Assembly (NCBI RefSeq): GCF_964204645.1
Contig: NC_134028.1
Coordinates: 8,618,001-8,682,000 of the forward strand
Direction: 5' to 3'
DNA: 64,000 nucleotides
From: Tubulanus polymorphus
Lineage: Eukaryota > Animalia > Nemertea
Shown here: positions 10,401-23,165 of the stretch, one piece after another
Position numbering within the stretch: position 1 is the stretch's first letter
Layout of the letters: every line of letters begins with the position of its first letter
Made by a program: the position numbers and the translations under genes
Notes under the pieces: model-generated
Database searches by the model: none
Told to the model about the DNA's origin: nothing
What the model saw: the letters and a program-made list of their open reading frames with translations, nothing else

Positions 10401-13400
10401 CCGAATCAAGGGTTTTGGTGTCGTTTTCTTTCTAACAAAATTCCTATTCATCTATAGGCCTAGCTTAGGTCACGCTGAAAAGTGAAAAGTTGCGTTTTTT
10501 GTTTTTGTTATCTATTTTTGGTCATCATCGAGTTTCTTTGCGTCAGGCAAAGACCTATAGTGGCTATGTTGCTCCCATGGGTCTTTCACCTCAATCGTTG
10601 GCGTGGTTGACGATTGCATCGACACACTTGCTTGTACTCTGGTTTAAAAGCCTTATTACATATAAGAGATAAAAAGAGATAACATTTAAAAGAACTACGG
10701 TTCACGATTTGCCTGCGTCGGAAAGGAGCAAGAAGGAAAAATGAAAAATGAAAAGAACTCAACCACAGCGGCTCATCGAGAGAATTGTGTGTGGTACCGT
10801 ACACGAAGACAATGTGGCGCTCTTGTGACAAATCACCGCGTTCTTAATGTATTCGTTTAAACTGATGTAATTATCTTGGCTGTTAGGAGATCAAATATTG
10901 TAATTGGAAATATGAAATATGAAAATTAGGAGTGCGTGTAAACCTTGTTAGTCGGGCTCAATAAGGATTTACTTCACATTACCGCATAATACCAGAATAT
11001 CCGTTAATTATCTACATATCGCGAGATATCGCGGTACTTAGTACCACCGCAAATCTACGTCAGCTGTCTCCCAGATCTTATCACTTATCACAATGAGTTA
11101 TGGACAAGGATAAGATAATGCTATTCTCGCGCGCTATCCGGCGTAATAGGGTTGGTAGATGATGCCGGCAACCAGTCTCATCAATCGTACATTATGGACC
11201 GGGAATTAGTCCATAGTTGATCCTGGCAATAACGCAGCTAGTTCGGTATTTATTAGCGTTTGATCCATCTTTTAACTCCGCGAATACTCAATAATCCGGA
11301 CACAATTAACACAGAAACAGCCCATGTTATTCATGTTGGCACAAAATGTCAGTACAACGGTCGATGACGGATCTCACTTATCTGTTCTCGGTTATAAAAT
11401 GGAAATTAATAGTCAAGTCATTTTAGAACAGATTAATTCAATATTACACTCGGTGTGAACCGTCCGTAATTTATTCAACACCCGCTTATTTCACTGATCA
11501 AATTAAGATAGATTTGCCAATCCAAATTTACCACAAAGGGACGGGTTTAGAGTAGTTGTTTGACTAATAGAACCTGCACGACGGGGTCATATTGGACGTA
11601 AAATTGTTAGTTAAATATCAATCAAATGATTACTGGATTTCATACTAACACCCTTGCCTTCTGGACTCAAACATGTTCAGTTTGGGGGATGTATCAAAAC
11701 CGAGAGCGATTCTTAGAAATCTCTATCAAGCGCGAGTCGCGATATCGATCAGACACCTGCCTACATACTTGGTTATGCCATAACCATGGACGTATAAACT
11801 ATCATAGTTTATACGTCCATGGTTGTGCCAAGTCTGGATTCAAGCTGGACTTGTACGTAGATAGATGACTACCGTGCAAGGTCTAACCTTGGAGTAATAA
11901 TTTCAAATAATTGCTCCAAGGTCTAACGAACCATCGAATGCTGTTTCGTATTACCAAAGTGATACACTTCAAGATAGCAGCAGCCAGCCAAGTCAAATAC
12001 GCTACTTTATTAAACTCGCGTTAATACTAAATTAGGAAGCAATAAAACTAACTTGATTGAATTCAATTTTTCCAGTAAATTAGATGTGAATAGTAACTGT
12101 TATACGAAGCGAATAATTAAATCTTGGGATGTTTTTATAGTTAATTTTTTCGATGATACGTACATTGCGAGAATAGGATTGAGTTTATTGTAAAGTTGAG
12201 TATAGCCTGAAGCGATATGTCATCTATAACTCATCTATTCCTCCCATTGGACAGCGATAATGAACCGTAGCCACGCCCATCGCAGCTGTCGCATCGATGT
12301 CACCACCGGGAAGATGAGCCGACTGCCCCGGCATCGCGAGTAAGTGTGCGTCTTTTAGGGAGAACAACCTAAAAAGACTTGCTTAATCTCGGTTTATTTA
12401 CTTCTGAAATATGTAAAACTGACTTGCGGTACTTTCTTTTAAAATGATATAGATGGAATGTACTTAATGTACGTCTAGACGTAAAAGTGAATATTTAAGC
12501 ATTCGCAAGTTTTAGGACTTCAAAACATAGAATTTAAGAAAAAAAAAACAAACAAACAGAATCTTATTTTTCAAAAACTTCAAGTTCACTTTGGGCCTTC
12601 ATAGCGAGTTAGTCCACGGTTGTGTGAACTAACGTGTGATACTCACGACTTCGATCCAAGTCGAATTGATTGATGCAAACAGGATTCTGTAATCATATTG
12701 ACAATGATTACCTTTTCTACTGGTAATATCCTCTCAATCAATGTGGTTTTAATGTGACGAAAATCGAGCTGTTGACTTCACGGCTTCGTAGATGTTCGAG
12801 TTACTTCTGCTTTGTTGTATTTCCAGATGAAATAATAAGAAGCAACGACATTTTCTTATAACGTTTCGATATGATATTTATTCATCCCCTGCGGCGATGC
12901 AGTCGAAAAAATCCAACAGATTTCATCGTTACAATAAATTCCTGCCATTTTATATCAGATGTAACATAATTACCGGGTATCGCGACTCGCAGTCAATTGC
13001 GTCGGGTTCCACTGACGCCCGCTTACCACGCCACCTAGTGATCAACGTCTCCCAGACAACAATGGCGGTCTTTTATTCGCGACGATCGAGATTTTATCTC
13101 GAAACGTCGTCAATTGATGAGACTTGTAATTAAATAAAAAAAACATCCACGCAAACTGTTAACCAACTCGTGTTTTATGAGCATCAAACCGGCATTAGAT
13201 CTTATCTGAGCGAGTTGTTTGACTCGTCGAAATGAAAAGGTCGCCATCTTTGTGTCGAAAATCTCGAGAACAAACTTTGTAAAACACACTCAAACGGCGC
13301 AATAATTGAATCTTTCTTTGTAGAAATAGCAAAACAGACTCGAATCGAATTGAATGAATCTAAATCAAGGAAACACCGTCGCAAATAATTCCGGAGAGAA

Positions 13401-15424
13401 AAGAAGATGAAGGGATTTTGGCCCGGTAGTTCATTTGAAACGATCAGATTTTCAGGTCATGTTTGCGAGTCTTAGATTAAATATTCAAAGCGTTACTACA
13501 ACTTGTGTCTTTGAAAACTTGTTACCATTTTCTATCAATTTTCCGTCGACATGAAAGAACTGAGCGAACGGCAGAGACCCGCGAAGCGCAAAATTGTCGC
13601 CGCATATGATACCGAATCATCACCATCATCATCATCAGAAAACAATCAAAGAATCCCCGATTTCAGCGTCTGTTGACAAGTTATTTCTTTTTATATCGAT
13701 ACGGCAACTTTCTCGTCTGCTACTTGAATAATTACCCGGATAATGGAAATCCCCAGTCTTCGGTAATTTCCGTAGCATTCCGTCATCAGTAAATTGACTC
13801 GACAGTCGGGCAGCAATCAATGCTGATTGACTTTGAAGTAGGAAATAGATATTCTTTAGATGTTTGTGTCCATCAGTGTTTGGGCGAGGATTGGTTTAGT
13901 TTTGCTGTCGGTCTTTCATTCCAGGTAATATTCCCGGCACATCAACCACGAGGCTCACCCATAGAAAACAATTTCTATGCAAATACCTCGTGGGTAGTCA
14001 ACCCTTGTGATCTTCCGAACCAAAGTGTCAAATTAAGCAAGAAAAATGGGATGACCGAATCTCTAGTTAGTTACAGCGCAGACACTGGGGAAAATACTGA
14101 AATCCATTAGTCGTGACGTCACTGGTTGTGATTGTGTCAGCCATTAACTGGCAAATTCATCACTTTTACTTGTTTTATTACCCTACCTTAGTTACATCTA
14201 CTTTACCAATTACTACCCTTTACTGAGTGAAAGCCTTCACATCAGAGTAACCCCAATCTTCTTTTGTGACATTTTGACTTCGGATGAGAAACGTCGCCTT
14301 TTCGTATCAATTACTCGTCTCATCAAATACGATGTCCAAGCTGCCACTTAGAAACTATTTCGCCTCTTCGCTATCGGATTTTACTAGATTGGTTTTTTTG
14401 TGTCGGAGAATCAAAGGTCGTTTATACATCTACTGCTACGATTCGGATATATAGACTTCGACCTCAATAGATTCGGAAAATTGATTTCTACTTCAAGCAA
14501 ATGAAGAACAGATGGTGCTCCAGTGACATACGTCACAGATAGTGACACTATAATTAGGTAGTGTCATTATTTCTTGAGTAAATTAAAGAAAGTGCACCTT
14601 CAGGGTACGATTTACATTAGAAATTACTATCAGTAGGTTTTGTTACCAGTTACTGTAAAAAAAAACAATGCTGACACGACCGTACTGGTGCCCCACTTAA
14701 ACCACTTATGTGTGAGAATCTCCTTAGCAATATGATAATAGAAGCCGCATAAAAACACCAATATTTGATTGATTTAATGAAATTGTGCTATCTCATGCTC
14801 AATGCTGGAGTAATCATAACCACAGGCGGCGGGACATTACTAAGGAACATCATTCATGGTATGATTCTTATGCGTAATATCCTTGGAGTACCTTGATGAT
14901 TATTACTCTAAAGACGTGTCAGAAATCCGTCAACTGATTTAAGGTGATCCGACTAGGTTCGAATGCACGCGCTCTGGAGGATGGCATAATAACACGGTGG
15001 GTGTAAGTTGAATGATCCAGGGGGCGCACGTGTCGACACGTGGCGTTTTATTGAGCATGTGGCGATCGCTTTACGCGGAAATAATGGCGCAATAATTGTT
15101 CAGTGAAGCGAAATGATGTTGACCGATCTTAGCAAATCCCCAGTGGGAGGTTGTGGATCTCAGCGAGATCTAAACACAATTAAACTGTATTAATTCAACA
15201 TTAGAAATTCCCGAGAAAATTCTAGCGGAAATAATTCACGCACGCCCGTTAGCAGCCGTGCCAGTCAGGTAATTATTCAATATATCACGTGGATTGCGGA
15301 TTACTCGAAGGCTGATTTAGAAAAAAACTCGAACGTTTATCAATTTTATTAGTCTAAATCTGAGACTCATCAGAACAATCAATTAGTTTTCTCATTATTA
15401 GATTCCAATGCTAATCAATCAACG

Positions 15425-15608
15425 GGGGCTCGTAGTTGGGGGTGAAAGGCTTAGATCATCCAGTTTCCCCTCATATCCAGATACTTCGATTCTAATCGGC
15501 TATAACTCATAGAATATCCAAAGGATATCCGTGAAATCTTTTTAAATATATTGTACCTGGGATACTGGATGATCTAAAGTCCATCTCAAAACTTCAACTA
15601 CGAGCCCT
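15425..15608. mobile_element. Palindromic MITE
   Basis: Arms ggggctcgtagttg..ttagatcatccagt and actggatgatctaa..caactacgagccct are inverted complements. Confidence 0.65.
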
Positions 15609-15689
15609 GTGAATTATATTCCGGTGATTACAAAGTCTTTAGGGTCAATAGAAAACAAAACGTCGCGGTGAACATTTTAGATCCTTTTT

Positions 15690-16066
15690 TGTTTTATTTT
15701 ACGTGTATACAAAATATCATTGTTAACATGTTTCGGTTGACCCGTGATGCCTTCATCAGGACGAAATCAAAACTAAGTTACAGACCATACTCTAATCCGA
15801 AAAACAATGAGTACTGATCATTCATTATTCATGCATATCCATTTGAAATATGTTTTCGAAAGTCAATCAATATTGACCCTAGAACGCACCTTTTCGCGTG
15901 CCAAGGGTAGTAATTCTCGGACATTTCCAGTGTTACGCGCATTGGTCGTTCGAATTGGTTTTCTATCGATTCCTCCTTCTGGTGGTGACTCAAGTATCAT
16001 CTCTTCCATTGCAAAAGTCATCGAAGTAGAATCTCCAACCGGGTGAAAGTTCAAGATCTCTGTCAT
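15690..16066 (-). mobile_element. Degenerate Penelope-like retroelement 3' end (GIY-YIG-like remnant plus hammerhead core)
   Basis: Minus strand shows a broken ILE...HW...LGT...NID-stop remnant followed by CCTGATGAAG..CCGAAACATGTT (15760-15725) and AATAAA. Confidence 0.55.
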
Positions 16067-18994
16067 TCAAATAGTCGGAAAAAGATCCGTAAACCCCGCG
16101 AACTAACTGCATCTACAGGAGCCGACTGTCAGTTAGAAACGTTTCTCCGATTCGAGCGATAATTACTTTTTATTCCTTCATAATTGACTTAGACAATTCC
16201 TCGATGTCAACTGTCAATTGTAAGTCCTATTCGTCGTCCGAATCCGTAAAATAAATCCCACCATTTACTCCCGGTTTAAATTAAATACGGTCTGGTGATT
16301 AACACTTGTACCGTTGGTCGATAGAGTCAATTACAGTCGAGTGCCGACATTACCGTATGAGACTGTCACCAAATAAGAACCCCAATTACTCCCAGTAATC
16401 TCTTCAACTGCCTCTACCTCCCTAACTCTCTGATCAACTTATTTCCGCAGCCAAATAATTACACATTATTGTCCGCTTGTTAATTATCAATGTAAACAAA
16501 CCGGTTAATTATATTAATTAGGTATGGATAGTTGGAAGGCTTATTGGAAGGTTTGTTAGAACTCTTCAAGACCGAGATCACAGTGGAGTGGTATAAAAGT
16601 CAAGTGTGCTTAGTGTCGATGCCGACTCGATACAAGGGCTATCACGTTAATAAAGTATCGTTCAGTGTAAATGTATTTTTATGCGAAAACAAATAACGAT
16701 ATTATTCGCGCCGAATAATACCAGCCATTACCGACGGTGTCGACCTCGTTAAAATGCTGCCTTCTGTTGTTCTGATAACTCCGCATGTTAAAACGATACG
16801 TGGACCGCTTTACCCGGCCTTACCCACCAGCCCACCCGAGCCCCGTTTGCGTGTCCTTATTTCAATTTTTCAAAACCGTCCGGGAGAGGACCTGCACCAC
16901 CCACTCCGGATTACTAATCAGAAATATTTTTAGAATCTCAATTTATCTAAAAGAAAATATAATTCTCACTGCGAAATTAAGTAAAATCTATCCGAATTCA
17001 GTGAAAAGTGTTCCAGTGGTGATTTGGAAAAAACCAACTGGAGCAGATTACTTTTTCTCATCATATTTTTATACATATGTAGCCTATATATCTTTGCATT
17101 GTCTGAAGGATTTCCTCTTAAATATGATTACTAATGTAAATGCGTCGCTGTTAGTAAGGACGTGATGAGATATTCATTAAGATCACTCGATGTTGGATGT
17201 TGCTGGAGCTGGTGAATATATTTTACCTGCTTCAGATACATCGTTAACAGACGCTGAAGTGATTACCATAACGAGGCTACATCCATGCAGGCGACTTCCT
17301 TAAAGCTGCGCGTCGTACAGAAATTAATGTCATTTTCTAGAACGTTTTACGCATCAGTGACTCCGATCTATTCCTCGCTCTCCGGGGACGATGGCATAAA
17401 AGGAACAAAATAATTAGGTATGCACGACGGACAGATAGTAAACCACTTGAATAAATCAAGGTTTAAAGGTTGTTTTAAAGCTTTGCTTGCAGATGGGACT
17501 AGGAATTATTGGGATTACATTGTAACGGTTTTACTAATACCCGAATGACACCGACAAAATCTCCCATACCCGTTCACTTCTGCCGTTTGATAGATTCATT
17601 AACCTTTGTTAGTCGTCACGTTTACGATCGCTAATCCCCGGATTGAAACGAGCTTAATAGTAAAACCGGTATATTCTTAACGAAAACATTATGTTATTTA
17701 GAGTGTTATCTTTTGTAATTCTAGATCCATTATTCTGCCAGTTAAAAATGTCTGCGCGTCAATTAACTCCCTCTTTGTCTCGTATGATTCTGCGGTGAAT
17801 ATAGACGTATGTATACTTATGACGTTGTTAATTACAGCCTTGTCACAACTCCAAGGTCTGACTGTGGGCCTACGTTCTCCCACCGAAACAAACCATGAAA
17901 CGTGTCTTCTCGTTACAAGAAGGTCCTCCAGATTCTCGGACTACCGTAGATTCAGAGAATCCGAGAATCTGGAGGAACTAATTTACACTCCAACCATTTC
18001 CATGGCATACGGAGGGAGACTATGAAATATATGTATACACACTGTACAATATTTCCAAAACAACAGAAAATATAAACTTTTCTTTAAACAGAATTCATAC
18101 AATTATTTACAAAAATAGGAAATGAAAGTATTTTACAACATATCAAACGTTATTTACTACATACTATTTACATACTAGCCGAGGGATGTTCACTTCCGTA
18201 GTTAGAGCGACACCTGGTGTTTGTTTTTACCTACCATGGCGCCATCTGCTGATCGATCGTTTCTCTCCTTCCTAGGTATGATTATTCGACCGTATACGTA
18301 GCGCTAGAGTTGCCCGCATCGCGAACGGATAATCGTTGATTCGAAGACAGCGGCAAGATTAATACTGAACGGTTTATCTGTGATATCCCCGGAAAACAAT
18401 CAGATCGCGATCAGAGCTCTAGATAACAGCCGAAATCACCGAACAAGCGACAATTTAATTAAAACTATGAAATCTCGTCAGTCCCCTGGCACTGATACGC
18501 TTAATACGATCTGGGATAGCTCAGGCGAGAGTAATTGAAATATAATAAAAATTTAACGCCAGAAAATGGTATCAGCAACACTGAACCAAATTAGCTGTAG
18601 TCTCAATGGGATCCGGGTACCTGACAGTATTGATTTATTACAAGCACTCTAGTCTCGTCTCCGATAGACCGTTACAGCCGTTATTATTTCAATATTTGAA
18701 ATTGCTACTTAAATTGATGCGATGCGATGAATTTCCCGAAAGTCGTTGATTTGTTATATGACAGTTTGATGAAATCCATTTGTTTAACCGCCGATAGTTT
18801 TAAAACTTTGATGACAGCAATTATCATTAATATGTGAAAAACGGGGCCACGTGTAGATAGCAAATCTAAATTATGCAAGAATGCCATAGCTGGCCACAGG
18901 TCACTCAACAAAGCGTAAACATACCCATTGCTGTCTTGTCGTGTTTGATCTTGGATTATATTGGATTACAGTTTCGTGTATAAAGTCTTACACT

Positions 18995-19264
18995 GTTAGC
19001 TCCAAGTTCGGAGCCAGCATTTTTGGAAGGTGGGGACCAGGGTACTCGAAGGACACAAAAGTAATCTTTTGAAATTTTGGTGTTCTCCAAGGCTATTTGA
19101 TGGCTGTCATGAGGGAATAATTCATATTTCTTTAAAAATGAAATAAATATTTCCAAAAACTTTTGAGGGCACCTAAGAAAATCAGTCTCCCTGCTACACC
19201 CCCCGGATCCGCCCTTGAGCTCAGTCGGCATTAGGGCTTTAACCCGAGGGCCCAGAGTTGAGTC
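18995..19264 (+). pseudogene. tRNA-Lys(TTT)-derived relic interrupted by a MITE (19003-19217)
   Basis: After removing the insert it reads gttagctcagtcgg-cattagggctttaacccgagggcccagagttgagtc, which aligns to the intact tRNA-Lys at 50734-50806; the insert has TIR caagttcggagccag/ccggatccgcccttg and 5-bp TSD agctc. Confidence 0.7.
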
Positions 19265-22200
19265 GAAACGTCACTACTCTCGTGTAGATTTTTTCCTGAA
19301 TTAAAAATAGTCACTGGCTATGGAAACCAACGTCACACTGATAGTGCAATTCATCAGACGCAAATGTTAAAACATGTCATAGACCTTTGAGCTACATCAT
19401 GGACACGCTATGATATGTGATATATTTTTAAAAGCTATGATACTGATTCTGATATGCCTCGACTTTTTTAAAACTCTTTTGACGTCATCAAAACCGTTAC
19501 AACAATGTTTGTATACATTGATTATGCGTTGTTTAACGGGTTCTGTGTCAGTCGATGTGCGCACTACGTCATCAATATAGGCGTTTCGAAAATAACTAAT
19601 ATTACAACTGTGAATTTTGGTGTTTATTTTGTAATTAGATATGTTCCATAACTCATATTTCATATTTGATTGATTTTGATAATTTTGCACTAGGATGTGC
19701 ACTACGTCATCAATATATCGGGGCTACGCTAAGGCCAACTTCGGTCATCTGAGTTAGTCGTCTAGAGTCGAACTGAGTGAAACCGAATGTCAGTGAGTCG
19801 AAATATCAATCCGGAAATCGTTCGGAAATTAAGCGCATTCGGTTGTTAGTTCCGACTACCAGTCGACTAGATACGAAAACCGAATTTGGCCCTGGTCAAT
19901 TCAATTCAATTATCGATATATACAAATTCAACATAACTTTATTCATCCTAAATATTATACAATTTCATAATATATATACAAATTACTTATTGTCGACAAC
20001 ATTAAGCAATACATGTTATTTTTGAAGGCGTCAATCAAGGCTGAAGTTACAAGTTAGTTTTCTGTTTTCTATCATGAATCTGTGGGATGAGGTACGCGCA
20101 GTTTAGCAAGCGCGCGTCTCAAGCGTATGATCAATGATAGCTCTTTTTATTCTACAATAGAAGAACAATGGCTTCTCACACCTGCCCGCTTCCCCGGCCA
20201 TAAACACGTTATTAATTTGAAAATAACGTGGTTATCTTACGTGTAAATGGTTGGAATTCAATCGATTTTCGGACATCATTATGGCGGCCATCAAACCATT
20301 TAATGTCGTATTTAATTTCGATATTCTGGTTTGTTTTGGTCTTCGGAGAGTTGAGTTTATTTCATTTCTGTGCCGTTATAAGGTAATGAAAGCTTTTAGT
20401 AGAGGCATATAAAATCTGAGTTACTCTCTGGGGTCAGATATATTGACGCCTTACACACAGTCTCAGTTGGACAGTTTTCGGTCCGTTCTATCGCCTTCAG
20501 ACTTAAGGCTCTCGGAGAAATTTACTTAGTGTTATATTGCACTGATGATAATAACAGGTACATCGGATGTTTAGCTAGGATCTTATGTCGTACCGTATAC
20601 CAATAACCTTATTTAACCGACCAAGGTCAAATCTCTTTGGTTCTTGTACGAATGTATACACATCCCAAGCTTTCGCTAAAATGGGATTTGAATACAGAGA
20701 AAAAACGGTTTTAGACGTGTTTTCAAAGTGACTTTGAGAGTATGCAAATGACGGTGAAGGTACACGGTGACGTCATTATGCCTGGCCTGTGGATATGCCA
20801 GCTTATCGAATGAATAAAGGGACATTTAGAAAGACTAATGGGATTATTAATACTATTAGGTTCCGCGTCCCCTGGCCACGATTATTTTATTGGTATACGT
20901 TAACTGCCTAATGACTTGTTAGGACTATTCTTTGATATTTCTGACGAGGCAAGAAAAACTCGCTTATCGTATACAATGTATAAAAATCAAGCAATACCAA
21001 ATACTCATTATATAATAATAATTGTCGTGCTTAGTCTCGCCTCAAGACGTTCACGGTTATCGAGGTGTCTGTGGCAGGTGCACGAACCGCAGCCATTATT
21101 GCCTCGCTTTCATCCTTCGAGGGCATATCCCAGTCACGAGAGTTGATGACATGTAAATAATTGTACTGTCAATGCGCCAAGACGCTAATAAATTTATAGT
21201 ACCAATTTGATCAGTGATTTTTCGGAAAATGAGTCCGATTGCATCTGAAGGAGGTTTTAGATGCGTTTAGGGGACCCGAAATCATTCCCGTATCCCCCGG
21301 GGGCTATTTGGAGCGCGTATGAATCTGCCTGCAAATGAATAGCGGGGCTATAAAAATTCACTCTATCTATCTGTAATGTCACGGCTGACTCGAATTATCG
21401 GCTTGTAGATGGCGAAAAGGTACGAATTCGAACGTTGGGGTTCGAATGAGGTTCGCAACATATACATTGCCTAACCTTATCGACATTGAATGTTATAATT
21501 TCAAGGATCAATAAAGTTATTTTAAATTCGAATATATCACCATTTAAATTGTATTGACGGTAACCAGTCTAACCAGGCTACCCAATATTGATGACGTATT
21601 ATAGAGCACATCAAAATTGATAAATGATAATAATTCATTATCAAAAAGACATGAAAATCTATCAAATAAAAACTAGATTATCAAATATAGATTGCATTAC
21701 AAAAATGAACGCCAATATTCACAATTGCAATTGTCATTTCGGAACTCCAATATTGATGACGTAGTACCCCTTTTATCATGCATAGTAATGATCCATATAT
21801 AGCCTAAAAACATTATTGTAGCAGGGTCTTTTAGAAAATTCTGTCTCACAGTATGACGGTCGTATAAAGCTCTTGTTTATACATCCATGGCAGAATAAAC
21901 AATATGAATACATACATACGACTGCGGTACCCCTGATTGACGCATAAAGCTCCACATTCAATATTCATTCGCGGAGAGTAAATCAGTTTTCTCTTTTACC
22001 GGAATTCATTTTTCGGTCATTGCTTTTTCTTTCTCGGTTGTCACGTCCGAATTGTTTTGCACCAATCATCTGTCAACATTTTAATTTACTGGCGGATAAT
22101 TCTATTACACGAGATGCAAGTCTGAGTTTCTGACGAGGTGAGGTCTCAGGTGGTGCATTCGCGTCCATAATTACAGCCGATATAAACACGGCGTAGAAAG

Positions 22201-22570
22201 CTGTAACGCCTTATTTCGGCGCTAAGTCGGGCTTTATTGAAAAATATTCAATAATTCAAATTCGTAATCACTAAAGCCGCGGCGCGAATCACCCGACGCA
22301 GTTTCCTGATGAAATTAATAGATATCCAATAAAAACCCGTCGCAACGCCTAATACGCTCGGATAGCGGTGATGTGTGTTCATTTATTTGTGTAAATTGCA
22401 GCTCAAATCCCGTCACGATTCAAAAATCAGGCTCGCAATACTTACCGATTTGTCATGGAAACGATCGTCGCAGCGACGAATGAAATCGTTTTGTGTGATC
22501 ACGTGACCAGTTCATTTACATAGGATTACCTTGTGAAGCTGAGCGGTTCCATTGTTATATGGCGGAATAC

Positions 22571-22710
22571 TGGGGGCCAGTTGCTCGAAAGCTGTTTACA
22601 GTTTATGGATAGAGTTAACCAGTTTTCACAGCTTTCAATTAAAGGTTCATCGTTACTGTGGTATTCATCCGCCGGTCATCTTTAAGCAGCTTTTGAGCAA
22701 CTGGCCCCGG
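22571..22710. mobile_element. Palindromic MITE of the ggggccagtt family (relatives at 25545-25658, 32780-32921, 34991-35066, 43653-43755)
   Basis: TIR ggggccagttgctcgaaagctg ... cagcttttgagcaactggcccc; similar termini and fold-back structure at the other sites. Confidence 0.7.
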
Positions 22711-22899
22711 TACTATAGAAAATATCATCGTTGGCCACTAATGATAATTCCATCTATAGGCGGCAGTCATCTAATGGATTTGCAATTTGCTTAAAAGTCA
22801 AAAGAATTACTAGTTCATTTGCAATAGTTAAAACTTAAGAGCAAAACCTTAACTCACGACGTGCATCTGCGTCCTGCTACAATGCCCATTTTTGGGTAT

Positions 22900-23165
22900 G
22901 TGTTAAAATTTAAATTCGTAAGATTTTTTTTGCATGAATCGGCCCCAGAAATTCCAATTATGTACTCCGATTCAAACAAGAAATTCCTCTACATTCGACC
23001 TCGCCTCCGATCACATAACTATATCTGTACGCGATTTCCGGTTTCAAAATCAAACCCCATGTTTCGCTTCCGGTAGGTGTGGTGGGTTTGTAAGGGACAC
23101 CAAATCAAAAGAAATCTACCAATCAAATAAAGAGAGGGACAACCCTATCTAAAAATCTTAAAGCG
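22900..23165 (+). repeat. Interspersed repeat family (other copies about 33440-33640 + and about 60440-60690 -)
   Basis: Shared core ggtgtggtgggtttgtaagggacaccaaatcaaaagaaatctaccaatcaaat in three places. Confidence 0.75.

Noticed and set aside
13079-13110. Hairpin gcgacgatcgagattttatctcgaaacgtcg resembling a hammerhead
   Set aside because: Lacks the essential CUGANGA core (reads GCGACGA) and has no PLE context.
13551-13676. 41-codon ORF MKELSERQRPAKRK...
   Set aside because: Short, low-complexity, no recognisable homology and no coherent exon chain.
17795-18025. 76-aa ORF resembling a signal peptide plus dibasic sites (neuropeptide-like)
   Set aside because: Starts at GTG, weak hydrophobic core, no repeated peptide motif or splice support; compatible with chance.
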